A stretch of 64,000 bases of DNA from the human T2T-CHM13v2.0 reference genome, Homo sapiens: the NCBI RefSeq assembly GCF_009914755.1, contig NC_060926.1. One strand, given 5' to 3'. Below the pieces are notes generated by a model, which did not search any database, was not told where the DNA came from, and saw nothing but the letters and a program-made list of their open reading frames with translations. The translations under genes were made by a program, and so were the position numbers. This document shows, in pieces, positions 1-15,080 of the stretch. How positions within the stretch are numbered: the stretch's first letter is position 1; each line of letters begins with the position of its first letter.

Positions 1-1953
1 TCTCTTTATTTTGCAAATTGCCCAGTCTTTATCTGCAGCATGGAAATGGACTTATGCAGTGAATTGGGTACCAGTAGAGTGGGGCACTACTGTAGATACC
101 AGAAAATGTGAAAGCAACTTTGGAACTGGCTAACAGGCAGGGGTTGGAAGAGTTTGGAGGGCTCAGAAGGAGATAGGAAAATGTGGAAAAGTTTGGAAGT
201 TCCTAGAGACTTGTTGAATGGCTTTGCTCAAAATGCAGACAGCAATATGGACAATAAGGTCCAGACTGAGGTAGTCTCAGGTAGAAATGAGGAATTTGCT
301 GGGAACTGGAGCAAAGGTAACTCTTGTTATGTTTTAGTAAAGAGACTGGCTGCATTTTGCCCCTGTGCTAGAGATTTGTGGAACTTTGAACTTGAGAGAG
401 ATGATTTAGGATATCTGGTGGAAGAAATTTCTAAGCAGCAAAACATTCAAGTGGTGACTTGGTCCTGTTAAAGGTATTCAGTTATATAAGGAAAGCAGAA
501 TATAAAAGTTTGGAAAATTTGCAGCCTGACAATGCAATAGAAAATAAAACCCATTTTTTGAGGAGACATTCAAGCCAGTTGCAGAAATTTGCATAAGTAA
601 CAAGGAGCAGAATGTTGATCCCCAAGACAATGGGGAAAATGTCTCCAGGGCATGTCAGAGGTCTTCATGGTAGCCCCTCCCATCACAGGCCTAGGAGGGA
701 AAAATGGTTTCATGCCAGGCCCAGGGTCCCCGTGCTGTGTGCAGTCTAGAGAATTTTTGGTGCCCTGTGTCCCAGTTGCTTCAACAGTGACTAAAAGGGA
801 CCAAGGTACAACTCAGGCCGTAACTTCAGAGGGTGCAAGCCCCAAGGCTTGGCATCTTTCACGGGGTGTTGAGCCTGCAGGTTCACAGAAGTCAAGAATT
901 GAGGTTTGGGAACGTCTGCCTAGATTTCAGAGGATGTATGGAAACACCTGGCTGTCCAGGCAGAAGTTTGCTGCAGGGGCAGGGCTCTCATGGAGAACCT
1001 CTGCTAGGGCAGTACAGAAGGGAAATGTAGGGTCAAAGCCCCCACACAGAGTCCCTACTGGGGCACTTCCTAGTGGAGCTGTAAGAAGAGGGCCACTGTC
1101 TTCCAGACCCTAGAATGGTAGATCTACCTACAGCTTGCACAGTGCACCTGGAAAAGCCACAGACGCTCAATGCCAGCCCATGAAAGCAGCGTACAGGAGG
1201 AAGGCTGTACGTTGGCTGCAAGGCCACAGGGATGGAGCTGCCCAAGACCATGGGAACCCACCTGGATACGAGACACAGAGTCAAAAGAGATCATTTTGGA
1301 GTTTTAAGATTTGACTGCCCTATTGGATTTTGGACTTGCATGGGGCCTGTGGCCCCTTTGCTTAGCCAATTTCTCCCATTTGGAATGGCTGTATTTACCC
1401 ACTGTACCCCCATTGTATCTAAGAAGTAACTAACTTGTTTTTGATTTTACATTCTCATAGGCAAAAGGACTTACCTTGTTATGAATGAGACTTTGGGCTG
1501 TGGACTTTTGAGTTAATGCTGAAATGAGTTAAGACTTTGGGGGACTGTTGGGAAGGTGTGATTGGTTTTGAAATGTGGGGTCATGAGATTTGGGAGGGGC
1601 CAGGGTGGAATGATATGGTTTGGCTCTGTCCCCACCCAAATCTCATCTTGAATTTCCACATGTTGTGGGAGAGGCATGGTGGGAGGTAATTGAATCATGG
1701 GGGTAGGTCTTTCCCTTGCTGTTCTCATGATAGTGATTAAGTCTCTTGAGATCTTATGACTTTATTAACGGGAGTGTCCCTGCACAAGTTGTCCCTTTTG
1801 TCTGCTGCCATGTGAGACATGCCTTTCACCTTCCATTATGATTGTGAGGCCTCTCCAGCCATGTGGAACTGTAAGTCCATTAAATCTCTTTCTTTTTAAA
1901 ATTACTCAGTCTTGGGTATGTCTTTATCAGCAGCGTGAAAACAGACAAATACA
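1..1953 (+). mobile_element. THE1 MaLR element: end of 5' LTR (1-58), THE1-int (59-1610), 3' LTR (1611-1953)
   Basis: 3' LTR starts TGATATGGTTTGGCTCTGTCCCCACCCAAATCTC and ends AAATACA, preceded by a purine-rich tract. The internal region resembles THE1-int (ORF remnants 154..471 and 652..1113). Confidence 0.9.
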
Positions 1954-2160
1954 GCAATGTAAAGAGACCCTGTCTCTACCAAAAAATAAAAATAAAAATT
2001 AGGCAAAATGATAACACCTGTAGTACTAGCTACATGGGGAGCTGAGTTGGGAAGATTCCTTGAATCAGGGGAGAGGTTACATTGAGCTATGATAGTGCCA
2101 CCACACTCTAGCCTGGGCAACAGAGTCAGACCCTGTCTCTAAAAATAATAATAAAAAAAA
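1954..2160 (+). mobile_element. Old Alu (AluJ-like) 3' part, apparently interrupted by the THE1
   Basis: GAGACCCTGTCTCTAC, A-rich linker, right arm, A tail. Starts mid left arm exactly at the THE1 LTR end. Confidence 0.75.
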
Positions 2161-3570
2161 GAAAGTAAAAGTACAACATATAGCAAAATCAGTTGTAAAA
2201 GAGAAGTTTATAGCCATAAATCATCAAAATAAAGAGATCTCAAACAACCTAACACTGCACCTCTAGGAGCTAGGAAAACAAAAACAAGTTAGCAGAAGGA
2301 AGCAAATAATAAAGATCAGAGCAGAAATAAACGAGAGTTGGGAAAATCAATAGACAATATAAACAAAACTAAGAGTTGGTTTTTTGAAGATAAAATTGAC
2401 AAACTTTTAGCTAGGCTAAGGCAGAAAAATAAAATTGGAAATAAAGGAGACACTACAACTGATACAACAGAAATACAAAGGATTATGAGACTATTATGAA
2501 AAATTATATGCCAACAAATTGGATAACCCAGAATAAATAAATTTATTGATGCATTCAGCCTACCAATACTAAATAATGAAGAAATACAAAATTTTGACAG
2601 ACTGAAAATTGTAAGGAGATTGAATCACTAGCAAGTCTTCCATTTAAGAAAAGTCCAGGACCTGACTGCTTTCACTACTGAATTCTGCCAAACATTTAAG
2701 GAAGAACTAATACCAAGTCTTCTTAAATGCTTAAAAAATTGAAGAGAAGGGAATACTTCCGAGCTTACTGTATGAGGTTAGCATTATACTGATACCAAAG
2801 CCAGAAAAGAAACTACAAAAAAGGAAAACTCTAGGTCAATACCCCGATGAATAAAGATGCTAAAATCCTCAACAAAATACAGGCAAACTGAATTCAGCAG
2901 CACATTAGAAAGATCATTCACCATGATCAAAGTGGAATTTATCCCAGGAGTGCAAGAATACTTCAACACACAGAAATCAATAAATGTGAGACATCACATC
3001 AACAGAACGAAGGACAAAAACCATATGACTATTTTAAGAAATGAAGAAAAGGCATTTGACAAAATTCACCATTTTTCATGATAAAAACTCTCAACCAATT
3101 AGATATAAAAGGAACATACCTAAAACAAATAACGGCTATATATGTTAAACCCACAAGCAACATCATACTTAATGGGGAAAAGTTGAAAGCTTTTCCTCTA
3201 AGATTCGGAACAAGACAAGAGTGCCCACTCTTGCCACTTCAATATATTACTGGAGGTCCTAGCCAGAGCAGTTAGTGAAGACAACAAAATAAAACACATT
3301 CGAATTGGAAAGGAAAAAGTTAAATTGTTCCTGTTTGCAGACCGTATACTCTTACATATAGAAAACCCTAAGGACTCCACCAAAAAACTATTAGAACTAA
3401 TAAATATAGTAAAGTTGCAGGATACAAAATCAACATACAAGACTCAGTAGGATTTCTATACACTAACAGCAAACTGTATGAAAAAGCAGGAATTAATATC
3501 TACAAAAAAACTTAAAATGAATGTAACCAAGGAGATGAAAGATCTCTACACTGAAAACTATAAAACATAC
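2161..3570 (+). mobile_element. Degenerate L1 ORF2 fragment
   Basis: Fragmented L1 ORF2 peptides ([21 protein letters not shown]; [20 protein letters not shown]). Confidence 0.85.
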
Positions 3571-6428
3571 AATAATGATTTTCCCAATGATTCCATTTTG
3601 AAGAAATATTATGTTTAAGTATTTTGATAGCTATGGTTAAATTAACAATACACTTAGTATTAAATGAATGATCCATAGAAGAGACTAAGCACCTCTTTAT
3701 TCCCTTCAGTTCCCTCATTTTTCTATCATAAAGAAGAAATTAGATTCTTGGCTGTTAGATCTCTTTCTCTAAACTCAAGCTTGCGGAGAATATTAGCATG
3801 CTTGAAGGTCACTGCTGCGAATAACCTGATATCAGGCTATATTAATATTCACACAACATGTCTATACTAAGTGACACGATTGTAAAATATTCCAGAAGCC
3901 AACCTTCTGTTGCTTCCTGGTAGTATTGTTTCCTAATAAAATCCCATTAAAGAAGGGAGATTACTGTCACTGGTAACAACTTTGTGTATTTCATCTCACT
4001 ATAATTTAATGAAAGAACGAATCAAATGTATATAAACCAATCTTTGAGAGTCGATTATATTTTCTTCATTTTTTTGAGTTACTTAGATGTTTTGTACCTA
4101 TTGTTGGATAACTTTAAAGATAAGTACAATATATTTTAGTATGAACGTCAACAATTAAGTAGCTTCTACTGGCTTCCCCCAAGAAAACTGAATACTTATG
4201 TACACATTACCTTCTCCCTTTCATTTTCCAGAATTCATTGACGTAATCTAAAATTTTATATCAAGATTATTATTTTTATGCATCTTCAAAAAACATTTCT
4301 AAACATCAACAATAATCATTTGCATAATTCTAAAATTTATTTCATATTTCATATCTTCATCTTCCCAAAGTTCTTCTGATTTGTATAACCCACATTGTTG
4401 AATGAAAATTTCAAGACAAGATTTCTGCCAATGCTTCATAACCATAAAACCTTTGTATGTGAGTTGTGGGAAGTTCATGGACACCCCTTCCTATTCTATA
4501 TGAATTCCTGCATCCATCTGGAGGCTCAGGTAAGATTGGGGTTCTTCTCATAGTTATTGCTCCATCCCCTTCTCATCTCCATCTCATCTTCTAATTGAAG
4601 GGATTTTAGTGAGAATGATGGGAAAGTCATTTTTTTTTGTTTGGTTAGGTTCCTCTCGCCGTAAGTAATTATAGGTTTTGGCTTTTTTCTGATTTTTTCT
4701 TGTCATATTTCCTGTAGTATTCACTCAAAATGTCATGTTTTTCATGGGACTTGCAATTCCCTCAGAGACATAGGAATTTTCCTATTACATTGGTTAGATA
4801 ATTGTGGTGAAAAATTGGGAGCAGGAGAGGTTAAAAATGTGGCTCTGGGATGAACATTTTATTGTGGAATTTCTCAATCCATATATAGTTGACTACAATC
4901 CTGTCTTTTCAGATATCCAAATAGTAAGGGTCATTCACAAATTTTGAAAATGACTCAAGTGCTTCCAGGGTATGGGAAAAACTGCTGTCAAACTTGGTTG
5001 TGAGTGTCAGAACTAGAATAGACCTGATTATAGTGCTTAATAAATAACAATGCATGAGTTCCCATTAGAGTAGGGCTAAACTGTCCTTGGGTCTCCTACA
5101 CTAAGAAAATGCCGCTCAGCAAAAATGCCTCAATTCATCTTTGTTACTTCCCTTGTTTACAGTTTTCTGATTAGAATTCTTAGTGTTTTCTTATTTTCAT
5201 AATGATTCTGTATCCAATAGTTGCAGTGTGTTTTCTGTAATTGAAGTACATATATCCATTTATATTTATTCAGTGAAATATTGCTAAATATAGGTAACTT
5301 GTAGTAAGAATTAATATTCACCTCCAATCATTTAAAATTTTCAAAATGCCTAAAAAATGCTTTTAATAACTATATTTAGTGACAAATGTTTGTAAAATTC
5401 TGAAGGTCTCTTTGACAGCATTAATATTTAATACATAGCATGAAATTCTTTAGACATGCACATTCTCTTTCCAGTTGGAGCTTTTGAGGCAGTACAAAGC
5501 TCTCTTCCAAATACAGTACCATAATTGAAGGCTGTTGTAGAATACAATGAGGTTTAAGCTGGTATTTGTGTAATTAGTTCTAAAATACATCTTGTTGTTT
5601 GTGGGAGAGATTCAAAGGGAAAAGAGGGGCAAAGCTCCAGCTATAGTATTAAAATAATAACCAGCTGAATTATTTCTGAGCTCTCTTTCCTGAGTCTGTT
5701 TGTTCTCTGTTCTCAGAGATTATGTGCACAATGATTTTTTCTCCTAAGCAGCTCAGATTGAAATGAATAAAGGGAACAGTCCAGGAAAACAAGGTTGAGG
5801 AATGTTCATAACAATATGACATCTGGAATTGAGAATACTTTTCTGCTAGAAATCTAGATGGCTCAATAATAATGTGTTTTATCTTTTAAATACACTTTAG
5901 TTTGGAGGCTACTAGCTGCCTGATCTCACTCAGTGACATGTATTCTGGGAGCTGGCGTTTTAACAAATGCAGTTGTGATATGATTACAGAATGTTTAACA
6001 TTTTATACTTGCCATGACAAGTTTAAGTTTTATTGGCACATCCATTGGTTCATTTTTTTTTCTCTCTTCTTTGTCATAACTCTTGCTCAGACAGACTTTA
6101 AATGGCAAGAACTATTCATCATTGACAGGGGTGAGTGCCCAAGGTGTATGTGGCATTATGCCATAGGTGCAAAGTGGGATCTGGACAGCCACTGTAGGGC
6201 TGCACTTGCTAGAATCCTGAGGATGCTCTAGGTATTTGCATACCTTATGACTTTGTGGAGACTGGACCCTAAATCCCTCCTGGTTTCTCATCTTACTTTG
6301 TCAGATCACTGTGAGTCTTGATAACTCTTTCTACTCTTTTATCTTAATGTCTGGATGTGAAGTAGTGAAAAAGGCCTATTTCTATTTCCCTTTTGCCAAG
6401 GTCCTTGTGAGGCTTTGGAGTTCACTTA

Positions 6429-6819
<391 letters not shown>

Positions 6820-8649
6820 TCAGTTACCATACTGCCTAGCTGCAAGGGAGAAAGAGAAGGGCAACAGAAAAAACACTATGTAAGGGAGATTGCAGAGGAA
6901 CAGAGTTCTACAAGAAAGTGTTTGCCCTAGGGCCTTTCCACTAAATATTTATGACCTAGAAAAATACATAGGTTCATATATATGTCCCTGATGAGTTTAT
7001 TTTTCCCAGGGCTTATATCTTAGCTTCTGTTCCTGGGAATGGGGGTGGAGGAGGAGAGAGTTTGGAGACTTACTTCTACCACTCTCTCAATAGTCCAAGC
7101 CACATAATGCAAAACACACATCAAGTACTACATTGCTTGTAATTTAAAATTCTTACATTCTTTAAATACATACAGAGTATGATATATATGCATAAGTTAT
7201 TTTAATATATATCCTAGGAGCAGAAATACTCATTACCTCAATGGTTCTTTAGCATTTGAAAATCCCTATTCAGGAACTGATACCCCAGAGGCAGTAAGTA
7301 CTTTAAATGTTGCTCTCTGAACTTACACTAGAATTCATTAGCTTGCATGAGGGAAGTTAGAGATATTCTTTCAATGATAACTTGAGTGATGTTAAAGACA
7401 TGTAGACTGGCTAGAAATAGAGAACGGGTACTTCTAGAAAGAAATTTAAAAATATTAAGAAACCAATAACCTAACACCCTTTGAAAGGTGCTCTATTTCT
7501 AGGACCATTTGTTCATGGTCTCCACAACTTTACAGGAAATTCCATTGCCTTTCCTGACCAGAAAGTTGATCCTGCTGTGACAGCACCATTACATCTGCCT
7601 CAGGACACTTTTTTTTTTTCCTAAGGTGGTTGTCCGAGTGCCCAAAGGACAGTGAGATGGACTTCACAAAGCTCCCAGAACAGGCTGCATGCCTGCTTTT
7701 GTGATTGCTGGACCCTTGATATTTGTATGAGTGACAGACTCTAGTCTGAGATTTGCTTTCTTAGATAATGTGCTAACCTGATAGCCAGGTTACAAGGAGA
7801 TACGGTTCTTAACTTCTCTTTTATTGGTAAAGGCTACTGATATTTACCAAAATGACCAGACAATTGTGAAGGTCAAATTGGTTTAAATCACTTTGCAATA
7901 CTGAGAAGCATATTGATAGAATAAGTCACAATTTAGGAAAGTCTTTCTGAAGGTAATGAGTTGCTCTCTAGAGGAACCAAGTTGCTCTCTAGAGGAACTT
8001 GTTACTTTAAAAAGTGACAGAGAATTCACACCCCATTCTCCAGCTCTTTCCTTTCTCCACCCTATCTTAGCGTACAAGATCTGCAAAAGCCCATCTGCCC
8101 AAAGAATCCTTGGAGAGTTCTCTGAGCTCCTCAGGTAGGTGCTCCATGGCAGATTTGTTTTGATCCCTTTATAAAGTTGAGAATTCTCCAGAGTGAATTC
8201 CAGAAATCTCAGGAGATTTTGGAATCTCTTTGTCTTTAGGAAGGGGAAATGATAAACCTGAACACTAGAAAAGGGCAAAAGTAGAAGCAATCTTTGACAA
8301 GAACAAGTATAATACCTGTGAACCAACTGGCAGCAAAATCAATGATCAAATGTCAGTTTGTAATCACTCAGGAGATTTTACATCCTTGGGAAAGAATGAG
8401 TCTGATTTAGAAAGCTTAAATAATATGTTGCTTTGTATATTTAAACATTCTTGTATTTTGTCTTCTTGTGAGTTATATTCAAAAGAATGTGAAGGGAAAC
8501 CATATTTAAGAAATTTCTCGTATAATTTACCCATGAGTTAAAAATTATTTTCATGAAGTCCTAGTTTTAAAGCTAGAAAGCACCTCCAGAACAACTAAGT
8601 CCATCTCTTTCTTTGTAGATGATAAGTTTGCATTATAACAGCAAATGCA

Positions 8650-8855
8650 TTTCTAGCAGAAAAGTGGTATAAAGGCAGACAAGGTTCGAATCCAGGTTCC
8701 AATACTTACAAATGGTATGATTTTGAGTAAATTGCTTGACATCTCTGGGTCCCCAGATTACTCAAGTGTAAAACAAACAATGACGCTGGTCTCCACTTTA
8801 TAGGGTGGTTGTGAGTGTTCAACAAGGTACAGGGAGTCTCTAGCACAGTGCCTGG
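8650..8855 (+). mobile_element. Probable MIR
   Basis: MIR-core-like sequence (GGTTCGAATCCAGGTTCC..TTTGAGTAAATTGCTTGACATCTCTG..AGCACAGTGCCTGGC). Boundaries approximate. Confidence 0.55.
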
Positions 8856-11800
8856 CTTCCTGCCTCCCTGCTAGTGCGCAATTGAACTTTTTATTTGTTC
8901 ATTTTATTGAGAGCAGGATGTTAAACATGCACATGGCTAGCTGCTTATCTTTTCTGGGGAAAATGAGGAGAAAAGGAGCTGGGCAGTGCCTATTCTCCTT
9001 GTTTATCCTCCTGTCTTGCAGTTTTAGCTCCTTTCCCATTCGATTTCTTACCTATCTTCTTTGGAGTCATGGCAAGACACTACCAGTCCCTGCTGCTACA
9101 GGCTTTGCAGGAGCCTATGGATTCAAAGGGCCTGAGCCCAAATGTAAAACATGACAGTAAGTTTTGAATAGCAACTTTATCTGGAAATCATTCACAACGG
9201 CTTCCCAAGCAGTCACAGTGAGGCCTTCTGAGGTATCAAGACTGTTCTACATCTTGCTCTAGGAGGCAGTAAAAATTCACTGTGCACACTGTGTCAGTGA
9301 CACCTTAATAAAAAGGTAAATTAGAAAAATGACTTTATTTTTGTCTTAGAATCTATCTTTTTACTTTTTAAATTACTGAATAAATGGATTTGTTTTAGAA
9401 GTTTACTTTCTAATTCGTGTTTCCTTTTATCAGCAGTTAATATCTTTGAATAGATTGGGTCAAAGATTTCAAAGATTAATAAAGACTTCACCAGGTGGGA
9501 ATTAAGCATGATCAGAAAGCACAGTGTTTTTCAGCCTTCCTATCTAGAATGAAAACATCTGGTAGAGGAAATGGGACTTTTGGAGGTGAATGAAGTGAAA
9601 ATGGGAATTGACTTTGTGCTGGTGCCTTTCACCCAGGACTCTACCATCCTGTCAACTATAAAGGCAGACATATTCGCTCTTTTTTCCTCACGACTTAGCC
9701 TAATGGCAGGCACGTAGTAGGGTATCAAGAAGTTGGGTGACCACCTATCCTGGGAATATCCTGATTTGTGCCTCTTGGTCATGCTTAGTTAGTCTTCCCC
9801 TTTCACTGTCAAGTTTTTTTTTGTTTGGAAGATAAATTATATGGTCATTCTATCAAGAAGTGTTAGTGTTTATGGAAGATGGGTAGAGTCCTGAATGGGA
9901 ACAAAGACAACAGATCAACTTTTGGTACATTGTATGAGCTAAAATAAACCACTCAATCACACAAATACAGTTTCCTCAGTTGTAAATTCCTGTAAAAAGA
10001 CAAAAATGTTTACAACATTCTTTAATGAGTAAGCACAGGAGTTAATAAAAACAGGTCACTAATTTTGTAAGCACTTTGTAAAAAACAATGCTTTTTTTAG
10101 CATTAATTAATTCAATAAATATTTACTGACTGCCTACTAAGTGCAATGCCTGACACATGAATGCAATGCTAATAAGACAAAGCCAGCACCCGTTGCAAGC
10201 ACTCCTTGTAAGAGCTTGGACTGGTACAGGATATTTGTGTGGAAACACAGCTTAAAAGGCTGTAGTCACATGAGGAATTACAAGTAGGTGTGGAAAAGTG
10301 ATTCTATTTAATAGGCTAAAATAGAGACTATATGGAGATATTTCCAAAGTTAGCTCATTGGTGAGGGACAAACTTGTATTCATTAATTCTGTGCTAACTT
10401 GTATGGCTACATAGTTATATTGAGCTTTTTTATGTTGCTAGTAACCAGGCATTGCGCATCAGTTCTGAATAGTTTATTCCTTTCTCCAGGTGAAAATTTC
10501 AACTTCCCCATGATCTAAAGAGTTTTTGACAGATAAATAATTGGCAAAATAATTTGATTGGCATAAATTTTCTCCAGGCAATAGCTCTAGTGCGTGGTTT
10601 ACAGCTAGTTAAGCAGATAGCAAAAGGTGGCTGACAAACCTCGTTACAATGGTGCTTGTCCTCTTTTTCTGTTTCTGCTAATTCATCTGCCTATATTTTA
10701 TTTGTTATATTTTTGAGGGCAATACATGAACTTGTGAAGAAAACTGTTTCATGTCAGCAGCAAATCAACTATAAGAGAGGCTTCCTAGTAACCCCATGAT
10801 GATGTCATTTGCAGTTACTGTGGTCATGGGATTTCACCTGCCACTAGGAATGTCAAGGGATAGATTCACAGGGAAGTTAAAAAAAGAGAGCTGAATCGAT
10901 TATCTGGAAATATAAATAAATATTTGTTTGAACCATATAAAATTGAAGTTTTTATAGGTAAAAACAGTAGAATACCAGCAAGATAATATGCCTTAACTGA
11001 ATAGAACTGCAATGGCAGAAAATTTGTGATTTGAGTAGTCACTCTCTTCAAAGATAAAATTAGGTCTCATTATTTAACTCTACACCTTATTTTGTTTCTG
11101 GAAACAAAACCAAAGCCTATTTATCCAAGCTTTACACCCTGATCTTAAAAAAGATCTTTTCCACTCTAACAAATAAACTAGTGTACTCTCTCTGGCAGAC
11201 TTCATTAATTTATTTCTGAAGGGAGATGATTTTAAGCATGCTGAGACGAAGAGGTGGCCTCTGTAATGTTACAGAACAGCTGCACTGTTGGTTTGCTGGA
11301 CACTCAGTGTCCCTTAGGACGAATATGGCATGTGGTGCTTCTACTTGAGGAAGCTTCTCTCAGTGATAAGGCAGTGTAGCCTTCACCATTGAGAAAGTGC
11401 CAGGCCTTAAAAAGGAGCAAAGGGACTTGGAGACTAAAATAAAACTAAACCAAATGGTGGAAACATGCTCAACTCCTTAATTTATCTGATTAGCTCCAAC
11501 AGGCGCCACCATGTAGAACATTTGCTCCTATCCCAAATGCTATTAAGGCAGCAGTGGAACTATTTCTAGGCTTGCCTCCAGAATGATGGGGGATGACCTA
11601 ATAGTGGATTTGGTTTCAGCCTGGAGTCGCTACAAAACGGTGACAGACTGCAGTCACTGCAAAAGTCTTTAGGCATCAAGTGTTCTGAACACATACCTGC
11701 CTGGAGGAGATTCCCCAGCCCTGAAGGAATGTTCCTCTAACCTCAGTCCCAACCCAACTCCAACTCCTATTCTATATTATTATGCTTTATTTTTTTAATG

Positions 11801-13246
11801 CAGAAGCATAGTTGCTTGGACTTAAGAATTCTGCCTAGAAATTGGTTAATGCACACAAGGCTAGTTTAATATGGAATAATTGTCTCTTAAAATTGCACTA
11901 TGTTGCTGTGGAGGGTGCCAAGAGGGACAAAGCTATCTTATGCTGTTCTGCGGTCTGGGATAGGAATTATCAGTAGGAGAAAAACTTTGAAGTCTTTGTG
12001 TTCAGGCAGCATATAGAAATTCTGATAACCCTTCTCTAACCGTCTTCAAAATCAATATGCCTGTGCCCCAGTCCTCAATCAATCTCACCACTAGTTGTGT
12101 GTCCTTGAATTATGAATTACTCAACCTCTCTGGGACTGACTATTCATTCATTTGCACACAGAAAACGTCTGGAAGATCTCTAAGGATCTTGAAAATACTA
12201 ACATGCTATGAGTATAAGTGTAAAAATACCTTTAAAAGTTGAAAATGATGTATAGATAATTATTATAAAAAATTCCCAAAATTAGCACTTCCAATTCTGC
12301 TGTTTAGTGACTGGCCAATATTATGAACTCCATTTTACAGATGTGTAGATGATTTTTCAAGTAACTTAATTGAAATGTTTATGGAACACCTATGCTAGGT
12401 ACAGAAGCTTAGAAGCTTATCCAGGTTTGTTGGGCCAGAATCTCTTGATTCAGAGGGCCCTCTTTACTATACCTATATCTATCTATCTATATAAAAAATT
12501 AGGTATGAAGTGAATATTTAAGAGTGAATATTTCTAGAATGAGAAAAGAAATCACAGCAAGTTACCAGAGTCTTAGAGATTCAAGTCTCTTTTTTTTCTG
12601 AGCTCCCTTTAAGTAATTTATCTGAATTGTTTACATAGAAATGCTTTTGATTGAAACCTGGCTTCCCCTCCTTACCTAGACAGAATATTCTGTAGCTTCC
12701 AGCAATGTGCCACACTAAGTGGGGCCTGTGCAAGTGAACAGCCCTGAAAGTTAAGGTTTATGAAGCTTCACATAAATCTGCCTCTGACTAAATTCTTTAG
12801 GGATTCAAGACATATAAGACATGGTTTGCATACCCAAGTAAATTACAGTGACTTACAGCCATTAGACCTACAAGAAAATAGCTACTTGGTATTGTTTATC
12901 CACGTGAAACAGTTCTACTAGCAAAAGGATTCAAATGGAAACACTTTTTTTATTTAAAATTTTATTGTGAATTAAACTTAGACCTACAGAAAAGTTGCAA
13001 AAATGTTACGTAAAGTGCCCATACTTCACTCACCTTCCCCTTATGTTAACACCTTACAATGTACATTTGTTGATACCAGGAAATAAGCATTCTTAGAATA
13101 CCATTAACTAAATTACAGACTTTATTCAAATCTTACCAGGTTTTTAACCAAATTTTCACCATGAATCCATTTCTGTTTCAGGATCCAAATCAGGATCCCA
13201 CACTGCATTCAGTAGTCATGTCTCCTCAGTCTCTTCCTATTTGTAA

Positions 13247-13554
<308 letters not shown>

Positions 13555-13582
13555 GACCATGACACTTTTAAAGAGTCCTGCA

Positions 13583-14005
13583 GGCTGGGCACAGTGGCTC
13601 ACACCTGTAATCCCAGCACTTTGGTAGGCTGAGGCAGGCAGATCACCTGAGATCAAGAGTTCGAGACCAGCCCAGCCAACATGGCAAAACCCCGTCTCTA
13701 CTAAAAATACAAAAATTAGCTGGGTGTGGTGGCGGGCACCTGTAATCCCAGCTACTTGCCTCCAGATTGGTGGAGGATGAACTAATAGTGGATTTGGTTT
13801 CAGCCTGGAGTTGCTGTGAAATGGTGACACACTGCAGTCAATGCAAAAGTCTTCAGGCCTCGAGTGTTCTGAACACATACCTGCCTGGAGGAGATTCTCC
13901 AGCCCTGAAGGAATGAAGGAATGTTCCTCTAACCTCAGTCCCAACCTAGCAATGAGCCGAGATGGCGCCATTGCACGCTGTCTTAAAAAAAAAAAAAAAA
14001 AAAAA
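13583..14005 (+). mobile_element. AluS whose right arm carries a ~190-bp non-Alu insert
   Basis: GGCTGGGCACAGTGGCTC start, A tail, TSD-like ..TCCTGC on both sides. Insert at 13755-13946. Confidence 0.9.
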
Positions 14006-14907
14006 TCCTGCTTAAGTATTTTGTAGAATATTTATCAATTTCTGTTGTCTTATGTTTTCTTATGAATAGATCGAGGCTATGCATTTTTGGCACAAATACT
14101 ACAGAAATGATGTTGTACTCCTAGCTCATAATCCAATATCATTACTTATTTTCTTGCTAAATTGTTTCAACTTCGGTCTTTCAAAGCTACTTTAGGCTGG
14201 CTCCTGTTATCATTTCAACATGCCTTCATCCTTTTTTTGAGCATTTCTTTACTTTGTGGCACCAAAAGTGTTCTAAGCTCATCTTATATTTTCCCTTCCC
14301 CAGCTCTGGAATCAATCAGTTTTCCAGGAAGCCTGATATTAGGTCTTCGTGATTGGTGTGTTCTTCTCTTTTTTCCTAAAGTTCTGGGCCTTCAATGGTT
14401 TATTTCCTGAAACTAATAAATATATGCATTATCATTCACTAGGAGCGGGTCTGTGTATACTTTTTCTAAACTGAAATTGTAAAGGAACCTTGAATATGAG
14501 TTCTGGCCACATTATCAAAGGCCAGGCATAAGCCTCCAGGACATTCAAGCAAGCTTTTCAAGGACATTGCTCAAGAAAGAAGTTATTTCTGACATTTCTC
14601 TTCCCTTATTTCCCATGTCTAACTGGCTGCATCTGTGAATCCTCTCACAAGTCTGTCCCCTCTGCTCATCTTCACTGCCACTTCACTGGTTTTGGTCCTT
14701 CCCTGGCCCATGTCACAGCCTCCTGATGGTCTTCCTGATTTCATTCTCTCTTTCCTTCAACTCATCTTCCACATGGATGCATAAATAATCATTCCATTTG
14801 CAGATCCAACCTCATTGCTTACTCCTAAAGCTAGAAGAGGATGGTTTTTCTACATTTTGATGGTTTTTCTGAGCCTATCATTGGCGATATAGTTCTCTCA
14901 TATTAAT

Positions 14908-15080
14908 AGTGGTGGTTCTCAAACTTTTTGTGTAAGAGAATCATCTGGAGGGCTATTAAAATATAGCTTGCTAGGGTCCACTGCCAGATTTCCATGCTAG
15001 TAGGTCTGGGATGTAGTCTGAGAATGTGTACTTCCTGCAAGTTTCCACGTGATGCTGATGATGCTGCTTCAGGTAACTAC
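14908..15080. mobile_element. MER5A-like hAT-Charlie MITE
   Basis: GTGGTTCTCAAACT..AGAATCATCTGGAGGGC..AGTAGGTCTGGGATG pattern. Confidence 0.7.

Noticed and set aside
154-1429. 105-aa and 153-aa ORFs as a novel gene
   Set aside because: They are broken remnants of the THE1-int reading frame.
4200-4535. Possible + strand exon (..TTTTCCAG / CAG|GTAAGA), and isolated donors near 58899 and 61317
   Set aside because: Splice-like motifs occur often by chance, and the pairing here is ambiguous without transcript data.
7883-8326. 147-aa ORF with a repeated SSREQL motif
   Set aside because: The repeat comes from a simple 21-bp tandem duplication (7959-7998). There is no recognisable domain or splice context.
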